Source: a virus
Taxonomy: Duplodnaviria > Heunggongvirae > Uroviricota > Caudoviricetes
Virus record (IMG/VR): IMGVR_UViG_3300043467_001216
Direction: 5' to 3' (one strand)
Length of the DNA: 64,000 nt
Below are positions 19,540 through 29,874 of the stretch, one piece after another. A program made the position numbers and the translations under genes. The notes under the pieces are model-generated. The model did not search any database. It saw only the letters and a list, made by a program, of their open reading frames with translations, and was not told where the DNA came from. Positions within the stretch are counted from its first letter, which is position 1. Every line of letters begins with the position of its first letter.

Positions 19540-19951
19540 TGACGAGGATTTATTCCACTTAGTATTTGAGGACGCATGTTCATTATTAGATATTAGTTTA
19601 TCACTAAAATCTGTGAACAGTTCTGATGAAGCCGCAAGGATGTTTAAACAATGGTTTGATTCAGGTGACCATAAAGAAAAACCTGAATGTGTATTTGTGG
19701 ATTTAAATTTAATTGGTTCAGCATTTGATGGGATTGAATTAGTTAGAAAGATAAATTTTGAATACGGTAACCACGTTGTTATTGGAATTATTTCATCATC
19801 AAATGAACCATCAGAACAAGCGAAAGCGGTACAAGCCGGAGCACAGTTTTGGTTAGTTAAATCAGATGAAATTGAACCAAGATTAGAAGAGTTCAGAACA
19901 GATTACCCAAATTTTAAAAATAGAACACAAACATTTAAAGTTTACAAATGA
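19514..19951 (+). CDS. Stand-alone response regulator receiver
   Basis: LLVDDED, FVDLNL, DGIEL, SS, LVK. Confidence 0.9.
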   Translation: MIESILLVDDEDLFHLVFEDACSLLDISLSLKSVNSSDEAARMFKQWFDSGDHKEKPECVFVDLNLIGSAFDGIELVRKINFEYGNHVVIGIISSSNEPSEQAKAVQAGAQFWLVKSDEIEPRLEEFRTDYPNFKNRTQTFKVYK

Positions 19952-20625
19952 TAAAGTTTAGTGCAAATACTAAAAAACAATTATTAGACCTTTACAAGGC
20001 CAAGAATATTGGCCTTGAAGGTAATTTATTGAAAGTAGTTGATTCTGAAGAAGATTCTGAGTTTTCTCAATACATTAAATCCTGTATTGATAAAGATAAA
20101 GAATCAAGAAAAAAACGTTTAGATATAACTAAACAAATTCAAAACAAAAATACCGAACTTGAAAATTTAAATACCGAGAATACCCGAATATTAGAAGAAT
20201 TACAAATAACCTTAGAAAATGTCGAAACATCTAAGAAACAAATTGAATCTCAAAATACCGAACTATTATCTTGGAAAGATGAAAATGAGAGAATTCAATT
20301 AGAACTCCAAGAAGAAATGAAACGAACTGAATCTGCAAGAGAAGAGGCGGAGCACGCTAAAGCAAACGCACTTTCTGATTTAGATTTGTTACAGAAAAAA
20401 ACCCAAACAGAATTAATGGGTAATATTGTTAAAGTAGCCTTAGGTGTTATTATGTTTGTTGCAGTTATTACAACCGCAATGTATGTATTCTCAATTGTGA
20501 TGGGTAAAGAAGTTAACACAATCGGACCAGCTTGGAGTAATATGTTCGGAATCCTATTAACTAACGCATTTAGTATCGTTGGGACAATAATGGGTGTAAA
20601 ATACGCAACTAAAGATAAAGATTAA
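19948..20625 (+). CDS. Coiled-coil protein with two C-terminal TM helices
   Basis: Heptad-rich body, hydrophobic C-terminus. Confidence 0.8.
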   Translation: MIKFSANTKKQLLDLYKAKNIGLEGNLLKVVDSEEDSEFSQYIKSCIDKDKESRKKRLDITKQIQNKNTELENLNTENTRILEELQITLENVETSKKQIESQNTELLSWKDENERIQLELQEEMKRTESAREEAEHAKANALSDLDLLQKKTQTELMGNIVKVALGVIMFVAVITTAMYVFSIVMGKEVNTIGPAWSNMFGILLTNAFSIVGTIMGVKYATKDKD

Positions 20626-20783
20626 TCTTTCTTAACCACCTTTTTTACCGTTTTATATTTAACCTCAACTTCATATGGGTTAACCATACTTCTTTTACTA
20701 TCATATTTCCAAATAGTGATATAATCTTCAAACTCGTGGACTTTTTCCCACTTCTTATGTTCTATTTTTACTTCTTTCGCCAT
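20622..20783 (-). CDS. Small hypothetical protein (53 aa, MAKEVKIEHKKWEK...)
   Basis: Translated manually; TATATTTG upstream on the minus strand. Confidence 0.6.
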   Translation of the reverse strand: MAKEVKIEHKKWEKVHEFEDYITIWKYDSKRSMVNPYEVEVKYKTVKKVVKKD

Positions 20784-20786
20784 ATC

Positions 20787-20865
20787 TGTCAATTATTTTG
20801 TCAAATATAAGTATTTTTTTATTAAAAAACCTGACAAATTATTTTTTTTAACTGACAATTTGTCA
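20787..20865. promoter_or_regulatory. TGACA/TGTCA operator-like repeats upstream of dnaK
   Basis: TGTCA 20787, 20799; TGACA 20832; palindrome TGACA-ATT-TGTCA 20853-20865. Confidence 0.5.
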
Positions 20866-20931
20866 TACTTGACCTATTGGCATAGTTTTGTTATATTATC
20901 AATCAATAATAAATAAATTAATAAAAAAAGT

Positions 20932-22791
20932 ATGAGTAAAATTATTGGAATTGACTTAGGAACTACGAATTCGTGTGTTGCCGTAATGGAAGGGAATGAA
21001 CCTGTTGTAATCCCTAACAGTGAGGGAAAAAGAACAACACCATCAGTAGTTGGATTTGTTAATGAAGAAAGAAAAGTTGGTGACCCTGCTAAAAGACAAT
21101 CAGTTACTAACCCAACTAATACGGTTTATTCTGTTAAACGTTTTATGGGTTCATCATTTGATGAATGTGTGAATGAAACTACAAAAGTTCCATATTCTGT
21201 AATTAAAGGGAAAAACAATTCCCCAAGAGTAAAAATTGATAATAAAGAATTTTCACCACAAGAAATTTCAGCAACTATCTTACAAAAGATGAAAAAAACT
21301 GCGGAAGATTATTTGGGGTCAACTGTAACTGAAGCGGTTATTACTGTTCCTGCTTACTTTAATGACGCACAAAGACAAGCAACAAAAGAAGCTGGTGAAA
21401 TCGCAGGTTTAACTGTTAGACGTATTATCAACGAACCAACCGCTGCGGCATTGGCTTACGGTTTAGATAAGAAATCAAAAGACGCTGTTGTTGTTGTATT
21501 TGATTGCGGTGGGGGTACGCATGATGTTTCAATCCTTGAATTAGGTGACGGAGTATTTGAAGTAATGTCAACAGATGGGGACACTCACTTAGGTGGTGAT
21601 GACTTCGACCAAACAATTATTGATTACTTAGTAGGAATCTTCAAAGATGAAAATGGTATTGATGTTAGTAAAGACCCAATGGCGTTACAAAGATTAAAAG
21701 AGGCTGCTGAGAAAGCGAAAATTGAGTTATCATCAACCTCATCAACAGAAATTAACTTACCTTACTTAATGCCGGTTGATGGTGTTCCAAAACACTTAGT
21801 AACTTCTTTAAGTAAATCTAAATTCGAACAATTAGTTCAACCATTAGTTGACAGAACTATTAAACCGTGTGAAAGTGCGTTGAAAAGTGCGGGTATTAAA
21901 GTAACCGATATTGATGAAGTTATTTTAGTAGGTGGAACAACAAGAATTCCAGCAATTCAGGAGGCCGTTAAAAAATTCTTTGGTAAAGAACCTTCAAAAG
22001 GTGTTAACCCTGATGAGGTAGTTGCGTTAGGTGCGGCAATCCAAGGTGGTGTATTAGCTGGTGATGTAAAAGACGTGTTATTATTAGATGTTACCCCACT
22101 TTCATTAGGTATCGAAACTATGGGAGGTGTATTCACTAAATTAATTGAATCTAACACAACAATCCCAACTAAAAAATCACAAGTATTCTCTACGGCAGTT
22201 GATAACCAACCAAGTGTTGATATCCACGTATTACAAGGGGAAAGAGCGATGGCTAAGGACAACAAAACTATTGGTAAATTCCAATTGACTGATATTCCAC
22301 CATCACAAAGAGGTGTTCCGCAAATCGAAGTAACTTTTGATATTGACGCTAACGGTATCATTAATGTATCTGCGTTGGATAAAGGAACAAACAAAGTTCA
22401 ATCAATTAAAATTGAAGCGTCTTCAGGATTGTCTAAAGAAGAAATTGAAAGAATGAAATCTGAAGCTGAAGCAAATGCTGAAAACGATAACAAATTACGT
22501 GAGGAGGTTGAATTAATTAATAAAGCTGACAGTGTTGTGTTCCAATCTGAAAAATCAATTAAAGATTTGGAAGATAAAATCTCAGAAACTGATAAAACAG
22601 AATTAACTGAATTGGTTTCAAGTTTAAAAGAATCTGTTGAGAAACGAGAATTAGACGTTTTGGAGTCGAAAATTGAATCAGTCAATACTAAGTTCCAATC
22701 AGTATCTCAAAACTTGTATGATGAGTCAAATGTAACTGATGAGGTGAATGATAGTGATTTTTCTGATGTGGAATTTGACGAAGTGAAATAG
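20932..22791 (+). CDS. dnaK: Chaperone DnaK (Hsp70)
   Basis: [36 protein letters not shown]. Confidence 0.99.
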   Translation: MSKIIGIDLGTTNSCVAVMEGNEPVVIPNSEGKRTTPSVVGFVNEERKVGDPAKRQSVTNPTNTVYSVKRFMGSSFDECVNETTKVPYSVIKGKNNSPRVKIDNKEFSPQEISATILQKMKKTAEDYLGSTVTEAVITVPAYFNDAQRQATKEAGEIAGLTVRRIINEPTAAALAYGLDKKSKDAVVVVFDCGGGTHDVSILELGDGVFEVMSTDGDTHLGGDDFDQTIIDYLVGIFKDENGIDVSKDPMALQRLKEAAEKAKIELSSTSSTEINLPYLMPVDGVPKHLVTSLSKSKFEQLVQPLVDRTIKPCESALKSAGIKVTDIDEVILVGGTTRIPAIQEAVKKFFGKEPSKGVNPDEVVALGAAIQGGVLAGDVKDVLLLDVTPLSLGIETMGGVFTKLIESNTTIPTKKSQVFSTAVDNQPSVDIHVLQGERAMAKDNKTIGKFQLTDIPPSQRGVPQIEVTFDIDANGIINVSALDKGTNKVQSIKIEASSGLSKEEIERMKSEAEANAENDNKLREEVELINKADSVVFQSEKSIKDLEDKISETDKTELTELVSSLKESVEKRELDVLESKIESVNTKFQSVSQNLYDESNVTDEVNDSDFSDVEFDEVK

Positions 22792-22859
22792 TCAATAGTT
22801 TTAGAAAAAATTTATCCCCAAGGTTGTTTTACTTTGGGGATTTTTTATATCTTTGAGAT

Positions 22860-23342
22860 ATGAAAACGAAAGCACCATACGAAATAACATCTAAAGCGAT
22901 TAAAGGATACGACGAGTCAAAAATCGCTAAATCTGAAACTAATGATTGTGTTGTAAGAGCATTTGCGTCATCGTTTGATATTCCATATGACAAGGCGTGG
23001 AAGATTATCTCTGAGAAATTTGGTAGACAACCAAGACAAGGAACTCGTGGTACATTCGCAACACTTAACAAATTGGCGGAAGTTCGTTATACTTGTAATT
23101 ACAAGAAAATTAAACCGATTGGTGGAACATACGGAGCATTACATTACGATGTTAAAGTAAAGGGTGAGGTTGTTAAAAGAAAAATGACTGTTGGGACATT
23201 CATTAAGAAATACCCTGAAGGAACATTCTTCATCATAGTTAAAGGACACGCATTCACAATCAAGAATGGTGTGGTTATCGGTAACTACGAAGACGCAATA
23301 AAATTGAGAAAAGAGATATATTTCGCATACCAAATTAAATAA
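22860..23342 (+). CDS. Hypothetical phage protein
   Basis: NDCVVRA...GHA; TATCTTTG just before ATG. Confidence 0.75.
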   Translation: MKTKAPYEITSKAIKGYDESKIAKSETNDCVVRAFASSFDIPYDKAWKIISEKFGRQPRQGTRGTFATLNKLAEVRYTCNYKKIKPIGGTYGALHYDVKVKGEVVKRKMTVGTFIKKYPEGTFFIIVKGHAFTIKNGVVIGNYEDAIKLRKEIYFAYQIK

Positions 23343-23345
23343 ATT

Positions 23346-23864
23346 ATGAAAGTATTATTTTTAGACCACGACGGAGTTATCTGTTTGTCGAGTAATTGGG
23401 GTGGACGTTTTAAGAAAGTGGGGTTTGATAGTAACCCTGAAACACCATTGGATATCCGAATGGATAACTTTGATGTTAAGGCGGTTAAACTATTAAACAG
23501 TATTGTTGATATTACCGGTTGTGAACTTGTTATATCATCAGATTGGAAATTACAAGGGACATTAGAACAAATGAAAAAAATGTTTGTTACCCGTGGAATT
23601 AAACCACCAATTGACTACACACCTAATTTAAAGACTTTTGATGAGGGTGCGGAACATTTATTAAAAGCGACTCTTGATTTCGAGGAAATACGAGTATTAG
23701 AAATTAAAAAGTATTTGGAAGACCATCCTGAAGTAACACATTGGGTTGCGGTTGATGATATGGACTTATCTAAATTAGAAAATTTCGTTCAAACTAAACG
23801 ACCATATAATGAAGGAATCAAACAATCCGGAGTTAAAGATAAAATTATTGATTTTCTAAAATAA
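23346..23864 (+). CDS. HAD-superfamily phosphatase (RNA-repair-associated type)
   Basis: FLDHDGV, ISSDW, WVAVDD. Confidence 0.8.
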   Translation: MKVLFLDHDGVICLSSNWGGRFKKVGFDSNPETPLDIRMDNFDVKAVKLLNSIVDITGCELVISSDWKLQGTLEQMKKMFVTRGIKPPIDYTPNLKTFDEGAEHLLKATLDFEEIRVLEIKKYLEDHPEVTHWVAVDDMDLSKLENFVQTKRPYNEGIKQSGVKDKIIDFLK

Positions 23865-23875
23865 AAAAACCCTCT

Positions 23876-24154
23876 TTATTGAGGGTTTTCTGTTTCATCA
23901 GTGTTTTCAGTATTGGTTGATTTTTCTTTTTGAATTTTACTAATCATCCATCCCGCAACTGCGAATTCGGCGGTAGCCCAAAGTAAAAATTCACCCATAC
24001 TTAATGTCGAATGTTTTTCCAATAAGAAGAAAATCATACCCCATTGTGCGATTACAAATGCGATACCTGACTCAATTCTTTTTTTAGAAAAGTAAGATGT
24101 TCTTGCTGAATACATATTCATTAATTCAGTGAATAACCATTTAATTTTTTTCAT
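23876..24154 (-). CDS. Small 2-TM membrane protein (holin-like?)
   Basis: Two hydrophobic helices; TATTTAT upstream. Confidence 0.6.
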   Translation of the reverse strand: MKKIKWLFTELMNMYSARTSYFSKKRIESGIAFVIAQWGMIFFLLEKHSTLSMGEFLLWATAEFAVAGWMISKIQKEKSTNTENTDETENPQ

Positions 24155-24184
24155 AACTGTTTTTATTGATAAATATCAGGCATT

Positions 24185-24251
24185 AAAAAAGGGGGATGGT
24201 AGCGAACCTCCCCCTAGTCAGTGTTACCGAAACGGTAACGGTCCTAACTGA
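24185..24251 (-). terminator. Structured 3' element with terminator
   Basis: Minus strand: GTTACCG-TTT-CGGTAAC hairpin, then GGGGGA-GGT-TCGCT-ACC-A-TCCCCC-T6. Confidence 0.7.
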
Positions 24252-24254
24252 AAA

Positions 24255-24782
24255 TTATTTACCTTTTAACAGGTTAAGACATTGTTTTAAATATTCTTTA
24301 GACCTAGCCGATGGTGTTAATTCATCCTCTCTACTTTGAATATTAAGAATCCTTTCAATATCTTTAACTAATTCTGTCCCGTGTTCGTGTTCTTTGTAAA
24401 GTTCAATTACTTTATCCATTGCTTTATGACAATTACCTGTAGTTTCATCATAATAATTTTTATTTCTAAATTGATTTAAGTGATTCATCATTTCGTATGA
24501 CAAATGAGCACCACCATCTTTGATATCTTTGAATAATCTGATGTTATTTAAAATACCTAAAGTATCAACGATTGAATTTACACCGTTTTGTCTTTTATAA
24601 ACACCTGGTGAATAACTAGCGGCGTCTTTAACACTACCAACAATATCATCTAAATTAATGACGTTGTTTGTCAAACATCTTGGTTTTTGTTCTTCATCTT
24701 GTTCACCATTAGAAACTTGTTCCATTATTTTTGTTCGAATAATTTTTCTAAGTTCTTTTTCGTCTATTATAATTCTTTTCAT
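24255..24782 (-). CDS. Hypothetical protein with IIIDE leader
   Basis: MKRIIIDEKEL; TATTTAT upstream. Confidence 0.75.
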   Translation of the reverse strand: MKRIIIDEKELRKIIRTKIMEQVSNGEQDEEQKPRCLTNNVINLDDIVGSVKDAASYSPGVYKRQNGVNSIVDTLGILNNIRLFKDIKDGGAHLSYEMMNHLNQFRNKNYYDETTGNCHKAMDKVIELYKEHEHGTELVKDIERILNIQSREDELTPSARSKEYLKQCLNLLKGK

Positions 24783-24881
24783 ATGTCAATATTTTATTTT
24801 TCTTTTAATAAATATTTGAATATTTATAATTAACCATCGGTTGTGCTAAAATGAGCATAAATTTTAATTTAAAATATATGG

Positions 24882-25103
24882 ATGATGAGAGTAGGAAACA
24901 AGACTTGGAAACAAATATTTATGGGAAATGTGGCAGTGAAATGTCTTGTCTTGGGAATGTTCTTCAATCCTTTTGGGTTCGATGCGGTTCAATATTATCT
25001 TTATACTCTAACAGGAAGTTTAATGAAAGCAAATTTAATTTTGTATGGTATTTCGGGGTTTTTCTTTGGTTTATATTTCTTCTTTCGAAATCGTTCTAAG
25101 TAA
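24882..25103 (+). CDS. Small membrane protein
   Basis: Two hydrophobic segments, FFNPFGFDA. Confidence 0.65.
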   Translation: MMRVGNKTWKQIFMGNVAVKCLVLGMFFNPFGFDAVQYYLYTLTGSLMKANLILYGISGFFFGLYFFFRNRSK

Positions 25104-25107
25104 AACT

Positions 25108-25512
25108 TTACAGTTTTAACTCAAAACGATTCTTCATTATTTCTAACTTATCTTCAGGAACGTTATGTTGATTAACACCACCGTGTCTATTTTCAACAAC
25201 CATTGAAAACACTGTGAATCCGAATTCTTTTGCCAATTCATAATAAACATCCATTTCCCATTCTTGGGTGAATGTATTAGCAACTGCGATTCTTGTTGGT
25301 GTCATTCCACCATTTGCGTTCTTCATAGATATTCTAACTTGGTTTTGACACCAAGCGTGAGCGTCCTTTAATTTAAGGGGGTTGAATTTATATTCATTAC
25401 CTTCCATAAAGAACATATCAGCTTCAAAATAAACAGCACCGATAGATTTTGCTAACGTTGATTTACCCGCTCCAGGTAAACCTCTCAAGAGATATAAAAT
25501 TTTTCCATTCAT
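25108..25512 (-). CDS. P-loop kinase (polynucleotide-kinase/AAA_33-like)
   Basis: LLRGLPGAGKSTLA, EADMFF, AHAWC, HNVP. Confidence 0.85.
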   Translation of the reverse strand: MNGKILYLLRGLPGAGKSTLAKSIGAVYFEADMFFMEGNEYKFNPLKLKDAHAWCQNQVRISMKNANGGMTPTRIAVANTFTQEWEMDVYYELAKEFGFTVFSMVVENRHGGVNQHNVPEDKLEIMKNRFELKL

Positions 25513-25553
25513 AAGTCAAATGTAGTGATATTTATAATATAAAACAACAAATA

Positions 25554-26948
25554 ATGGATGTTAAAAAAATAGTTCTTGATGTATTATCAGAATCAAAGAA
25601 AAAGAATAAAAAAGATGATAGATGTGTGAGATTAGCCAAACAAAAATATGATACTTGGCCGTCAGCGTATGCTTCAGGTGCGGTTGTTAAATGTCGTCAA
25701 GGAAAAATATGGAAAGAAGAAGTTGAATCACTTGATGAAGCAACTAAAACAGATTATAGTAAAGAAAATGAGTCGGGATTACACGGATGGTTTTCAAGAC
25801 AAGGTGGGAAAGGTAAATCTCAAGGTTGGGTTGATTGTAACACTTGTAGAACAGACTCAAACGGTAAAAAAACTTGTAAATCTTGTGGTAGAAGTGATGG
25901 TGAAGATAGGTCAAAATATCCGGCTTGTAGACCAACCCCATCAGCTTGTGGAACTAAAGGTAAAGGTAAAAAGTGGGGTAAAAAAACTAAAATGGGTGTG
26001 AAGGAAAATGTTAAAGTTTCAAAGGATTTACAATACCATTTAGATAACGAAATTACATTATCAGAAAACGTATTTAGAATTTATTCAGAGAAATATTTCA
26101 AATTAATTAATGAAGTTAGGTCACTTTATAATAGAGATTTAATCAGATTAAATGAAGAAGATTCTTGGATTGTTGAATCTGATTTAGGTAAAAAAGTGTT
26201 ACTTGAAAATGGTGAAGAGGTTTACTTAGACGCACCAATGTATGAAGAAGAAAATGAAGATGAAAGAGAACTTAGAGAGAAATTAAATTTAGATAAAGAC
26301 CACGTAGTAAAAATCATTAAAAAAATGGGGTCTATGAGATATTTTAGTATAACATTTGATGGTATTACTAAATTATTCTTAATGGGTAATGTTTATAACA
26401 TTTTATTTAAAACAATTATCAGACATTTTAAAGTTACCGGTGTTCCACATTTCAAAAGATTTTTAGATTTAGATTTTGATTATTTTGTCTTTATGGATAG
26501 AAATGAACCGAATTTCTATAAGAAAGATTTAGAAAAAATGGATGTCGATGCTCGCGACCCATTTGGTAGAGATAGTTTTCTTTTTGAGTATTCCCCAATT
26601 GATAAAAGAAATTTTGATTCAACAGTATTCAAACACGAAGAATTGGAGGATTCTATTAATGAAGCATTACACCGAGGTAAGAATGTAAAAATAGGTAGTC
26701 CATTCAGAACACCGGGTGGTCCTAAGAAATTTGCGGTGTATGTTAAGACAGGTAAAGGAACAGTTAAAAAGGTGACATTTGGTGACCCCAATTTAAGAGT
26801 TAAAAACGCAAATAAAGGTCGAGCAAAATCATTTAGAGCAAGACATAAGTGTGACCAAAAGAAAGATAGAACAACGGCAGGGTATTGGTCTTGTAATGTT
26901 GGTCGATACGCTAAAAAATTGGGATTAAAATCATCAAGTAGTTGGTAA
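25554..26948 (+). CDS. Multidomain basic Cys-containing phage protein
   Basis: WPSAYASG, YPACRPT, KKFAVYVK...SFRARHKC...GYWSC modules separated by xxE linkers; TATTTAT upstream. Confidence 0.75.
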   Translation: MDVKKIVLDVLSESKKKNKKDDRCVRLAKQKYDTWPSAYASGAVVKCRQGKIWKEEVESLDEATKTDYSKENESGLHGWFSRQGGKGKSQGWVDCNTCRTDSNGKKTCKSCGRSDGEDRSKYPACRPTPSACGTKGKGKKWGKKTKMGVKENVKVSKDLQYHLDNEITLSENVFRIYSEKYFKLINEVRSLYNRDLIRLNEEDSWIVESDLGKKVLLENGEEVYLDAPMYEEENEDERELREKLNLDKDHVVKIIKKMGSMRYFSITFDGITKLFLMGNVYNILFKTIIRHFKVTGVPHFKRFLDLDFDYFVFMDRNEPNFYKKDLEKMDVDARDPFGRDSFLFEYSPIDKRNFDSTVFKHEELEDSINEALHRGKNVKIGSPFRTPGGPKKFAVYVKTGKGTVKKVTFGDPNLRVKNANKGRAKSFRARHKCDQKKDRTTAGYWSCNVGRYAKKLGLKSSSSW

Positions 26949-26949
26949 T

Positions 26950-28137
26950 ATGGAAGAAAAAATTAAATTTTTATTTGACAAAATATTAGAGAAGACTGTT
27001 AAAAATTATAATCAATATAATGACAGTCGCGTTAAAATTGAATCAACTCCGACAATTGATTTAGTTAATAAAGTTAAAACACATAGAGGTTCAAAATACG
27101 AAGTTTATGTTAAAATTCCTGAATTAAAAGTTTTTGCCGATTTTACACATATATTTCATAAGGTATGGAAAACAATGGGTTTACATAAGACATTAGAAAC
27201 TAATTTGTTTATTAATACAATAATTCCCAGAAACTTTGATACTTTAAAATATAAAGCAAACCAATACAAAAAAGAATTACAAGAAGAGGTTGATAAATAT
27301 GTTAAAAGACAACGTGTTGTTGGTAATGAAATTAGTATTAATATTGATGATGTTGAAGTTATTAACAATAATTGGGTTGGTGGATATAGAATGAGTTTTA
27401 GTGTATATGCAACCTGTATAAACAATGGAAATCAAGAAGAAATCCTAAGAGTTGATAACCCTATAATCGAAAGAGAATTAAATTATATTTGCACTGAACT
27501 ACTTGGACACGAATATATGGATGGTATTATTCAAGGTTACGGTTTAACTGTTGATTTTGTTAAAAACGAACCAAGTGAAATCAATGAGGGTAAAATGGAT
27601 GATATTAAAGATTTCATTAAGAAAAACACTGATAAAATAAAAACCACATTTAAAGAAGAATTAAAAAATTCTAGTGATGATGCTAAAACAGCTTTCAAAC
27701 ATTTAATCACAAAGAAAAAAGATTTAACAAAAGAAGAACGTGAAGAAATTTCAAAAGAATTAAAACAAGTATTCAAGAGAACGGCTAAACGTTTAGGTAT
27801 GGCTAGTTTGTTTATTTTACCGGGTGGAACTATATTAGTTATCTTACTTAATTTATTTACTAAGAAAAAAGAAGTTCCATACGATGAAACGATAAGTGAA
27901 GGTAAAAAAGTTAGGTTATTTACTGAAAGTATTGATAATCACGAATTGAAGTGGCATAGAGACCGTGAGGATAGATTAGTTGAAGTTATTGAAGGTGAAG
28001 GTTGGCAATTACAATTTGATGATGAATTACCGTTTAATTTAGAAAAAGGGATGAGTGTTATCATCCCCGAAGGTGTGTATCATAGAGTTATTAAAGGAAG
28101 TGGAAATCTAAAAGTATCAATTACTGTATTAGACTAA
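26950..28137 (+). CDS. Multidomain protein with C-terminal cupin-like domain
   Basis: WHRDREDR...IPEGVYHRVIKG. Confidence 0.7.
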   Translation: MEEKIKFLFDKILEKTVKNYNQYNDSRVKIESTPTIDLVNKVKTHRGSKYEVYVKIPELKVFADFTHIFHKVWKTMGLHKTLETNLFINTIIPRNFDTLKYKANQYKKELQEEVDKYVKRQRVVGNEISINIDDVEVINNNWVGGYRMSFSVYATCINNGNQEEILRVDNPIIERELNYICTELLGHEYMDGIIQGYGLTVDFVKNEPSEINEGKMDDIKDFIKKNTDKIKTTFKEELKNSSDDAKTAFKHLITKKKDLTKEEREEISKELKQVFKRTAKRLGMASLFILPGGTILVILLNLFTKKKEVPYDETISEGKKVRLFTESIDNHELKWHRDREDRLVEVIEGEGWQLQFDDELPFNLEKGMSVIIPEGVYHRVIKGSGNLKVSITVLD

Positions 28138-28542
28138 TTCAACTTTCTCTTCAAAAATCTTATTGATTTTATTTTTCACTCTTTCACTTATTGGAATTGG
28201 AGAACCCCCATCGTCGATTCTAACAAACGTAATGTTAGTTTTCAATACAAGTTCTTGTTTACCTGTATAAACGTTGTGAGACCTCGCCTCCATATAGATT
28301 GTTATGGAAGTATTACCAATTTTAGACGGAAAACCATAGATTTTCAATAATTGATTTTCTTTAGCGGGTTTTTCAAAATTACACTTATCTATTGAGACTG
28401 TAACCATTCTTGGGGTATCACATAATTGCATCGCGTAACCCGCTGCCGCTGAGTCAATCCATTTAAGTAACGAACCACCAAATAAATTACCGTGAAATCC
28501 TAAATCGGACTTTTTGATTGGATGACTAGAAATTAATTCCAT
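28129..28542 (-). CDS. Acyl-CoA thioesterase (hotdog fold, YciA-like)
   Basis: DLGFHGNLFGGSLLKWID, MVTVSID, GNTSI. Confidence 0.9.
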   Translation of the reverse strand: MELISSHPIKKSDLGFHGNLFGGSLLKWIDSAAAGYAMQLCDTPRMVTVSIDKCNFEKPAKENQLLKIYGFPSKIGNTSITIYMEARSHNVYTGKQELVLKTNITFVRIDDGGSPIPISERVKNKINKIFEEKVELV

Positions 28543-28606
28543 AAAAATAAAATAGAGTTTACATTTAATACCTTTTCGGTATTTATAAGTATATTAATAT
28601 GGTAAT

Positions 28607-29830
28607 ATGAGCAACGAAACTTACATAAAAAAAATAAATAATTTACTGTCAAAAAAAACTTATCATTATGAGTCAGAAATATATTCATTTGACTATATTC
28701 TTGAGTTAACAGGTGAGATAAAACCATTGATTAGTATTGGTGAATGGAAAGACTTTTATTTATTGAATTTCAAGATTTTTAATCTTAATGATACCGCAAA
28801 AAGAATAATATCATTTCTTATAAAAGAACATCCTGAATATAAAACTGAAGATAAAGAAATTTATGATGTAAAAAAACCATTACGTCAATTAGGAATTGAA
28901 AGAAGTTTAGGTGGTATGGCCAGAAAAATGTTGAGAGCACTTAATATTAAAGAGACAATTACTAAAGAAGTTTTAGTATCTTTGTCAGAACTTGAGGGGG
29001 ATTATGAAGAAATTAAGTTAAATATTGATGAATCAAGTACAAGTATTTCGTCAGGTGAATATACCGGACCATTAGAATTGGGGTTAATAAAATGGAAAAA
29101 TAAAACACTATCACCATTTAGTGAGTTTGTTGATACTAAATTTAACCATAAGAAAAAACAAAAAACAGTTAAAAACAATGTGAAACGTGTTGTTGGGGTT
29201 TGGGAAAAAAATCCTGATGGTTCATATAAAACAAATCAACACGATGTACACACAATTAATGAAGGTATGATTGATAGATTAGCCATTAGAACAGTTGTTA
29301 AAGACATTGTAAGTATAATTAAACAAAATGAAGAAGGTGGATTTTATTTACCTGAAGATATTAATGGAGAACTTCAATATAAGTTAACAAATAAAAAGAT
29401 ATTATTTAGTGTTGAATTAACTTTACGATTTAATGACATTATTGGTGGGTTTGGTGTTAATGGTGCCTACTCACACGAGGAAGATGTTATAGAAATGGTT
29501 GTCGAATATAATCCAAAAACTATTAATCAACAATTATATGATTTAATTGGTGAGATTAACGAGGTATTGACTCACGAAATGGTTCACCTTAAACAAAATT
29601 ATAGGGGCGAATTAAACTATGAGGATGTTGAAGGTAGTAATTTAGAATATTACTCAAGAAATCATGAAATACCGGCACAATATTATGGGTTTAAACGTTT
29701 ATCAAAATTAAGGAAATTACCTTTAGAGGATGTTGTTAGAGAATGGTTCGACACTCATAAAAAAACCCATATGTTAAATCCTGATGAGGTGAAAATCGTA
29801 ATAGAAAAAATACTTAATTATAAAGCATAA
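28607..29830 (+). CDS. HExxH-containing protein
   Basis: THEMVHLKQ...HEIPA; TATTTAT upstream. Confidence 0.7.
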   Translation: MSNETYIKKINNLLSKKTYHYESEIYSFDYILELTGEIKPLISIGEWKDFYLLNFKIFNLNDTAKRIISFLIKEHPEYKTEDKEIYDVKKPLRQLGIERSLGGMARKMLRALNIKETITKEVLVSLSELEGDYEEIKLNIDESSTSISSGEYTGPLELGLIKWKNKTLSPFSEFVDTKFNHKKKQKTVKNNVKRVVGVWEKNPDGSYKTNQHDVHTINEGMIDRLAIRTVVKDIVSIIKQNEEGGFYLPEDINGELQYKLTNKKILFSVELTLRFNDIIGGFGVNGAYSHEEDVIEMVVEYNPKTINQQLYDLIGEINEVLTHEMVHLKQNYRGELNYEDVEGSNLEYYSRNHEIPAQYYGFKRLSKLRKLPLEDVVREWFDTHKKTHMLNPDEVKIVIEKILNYKA

Positions 29831-29874
29831 AAAAAGGTCATCAATTGATGACCTTTTTTATTAATTAACAAATC

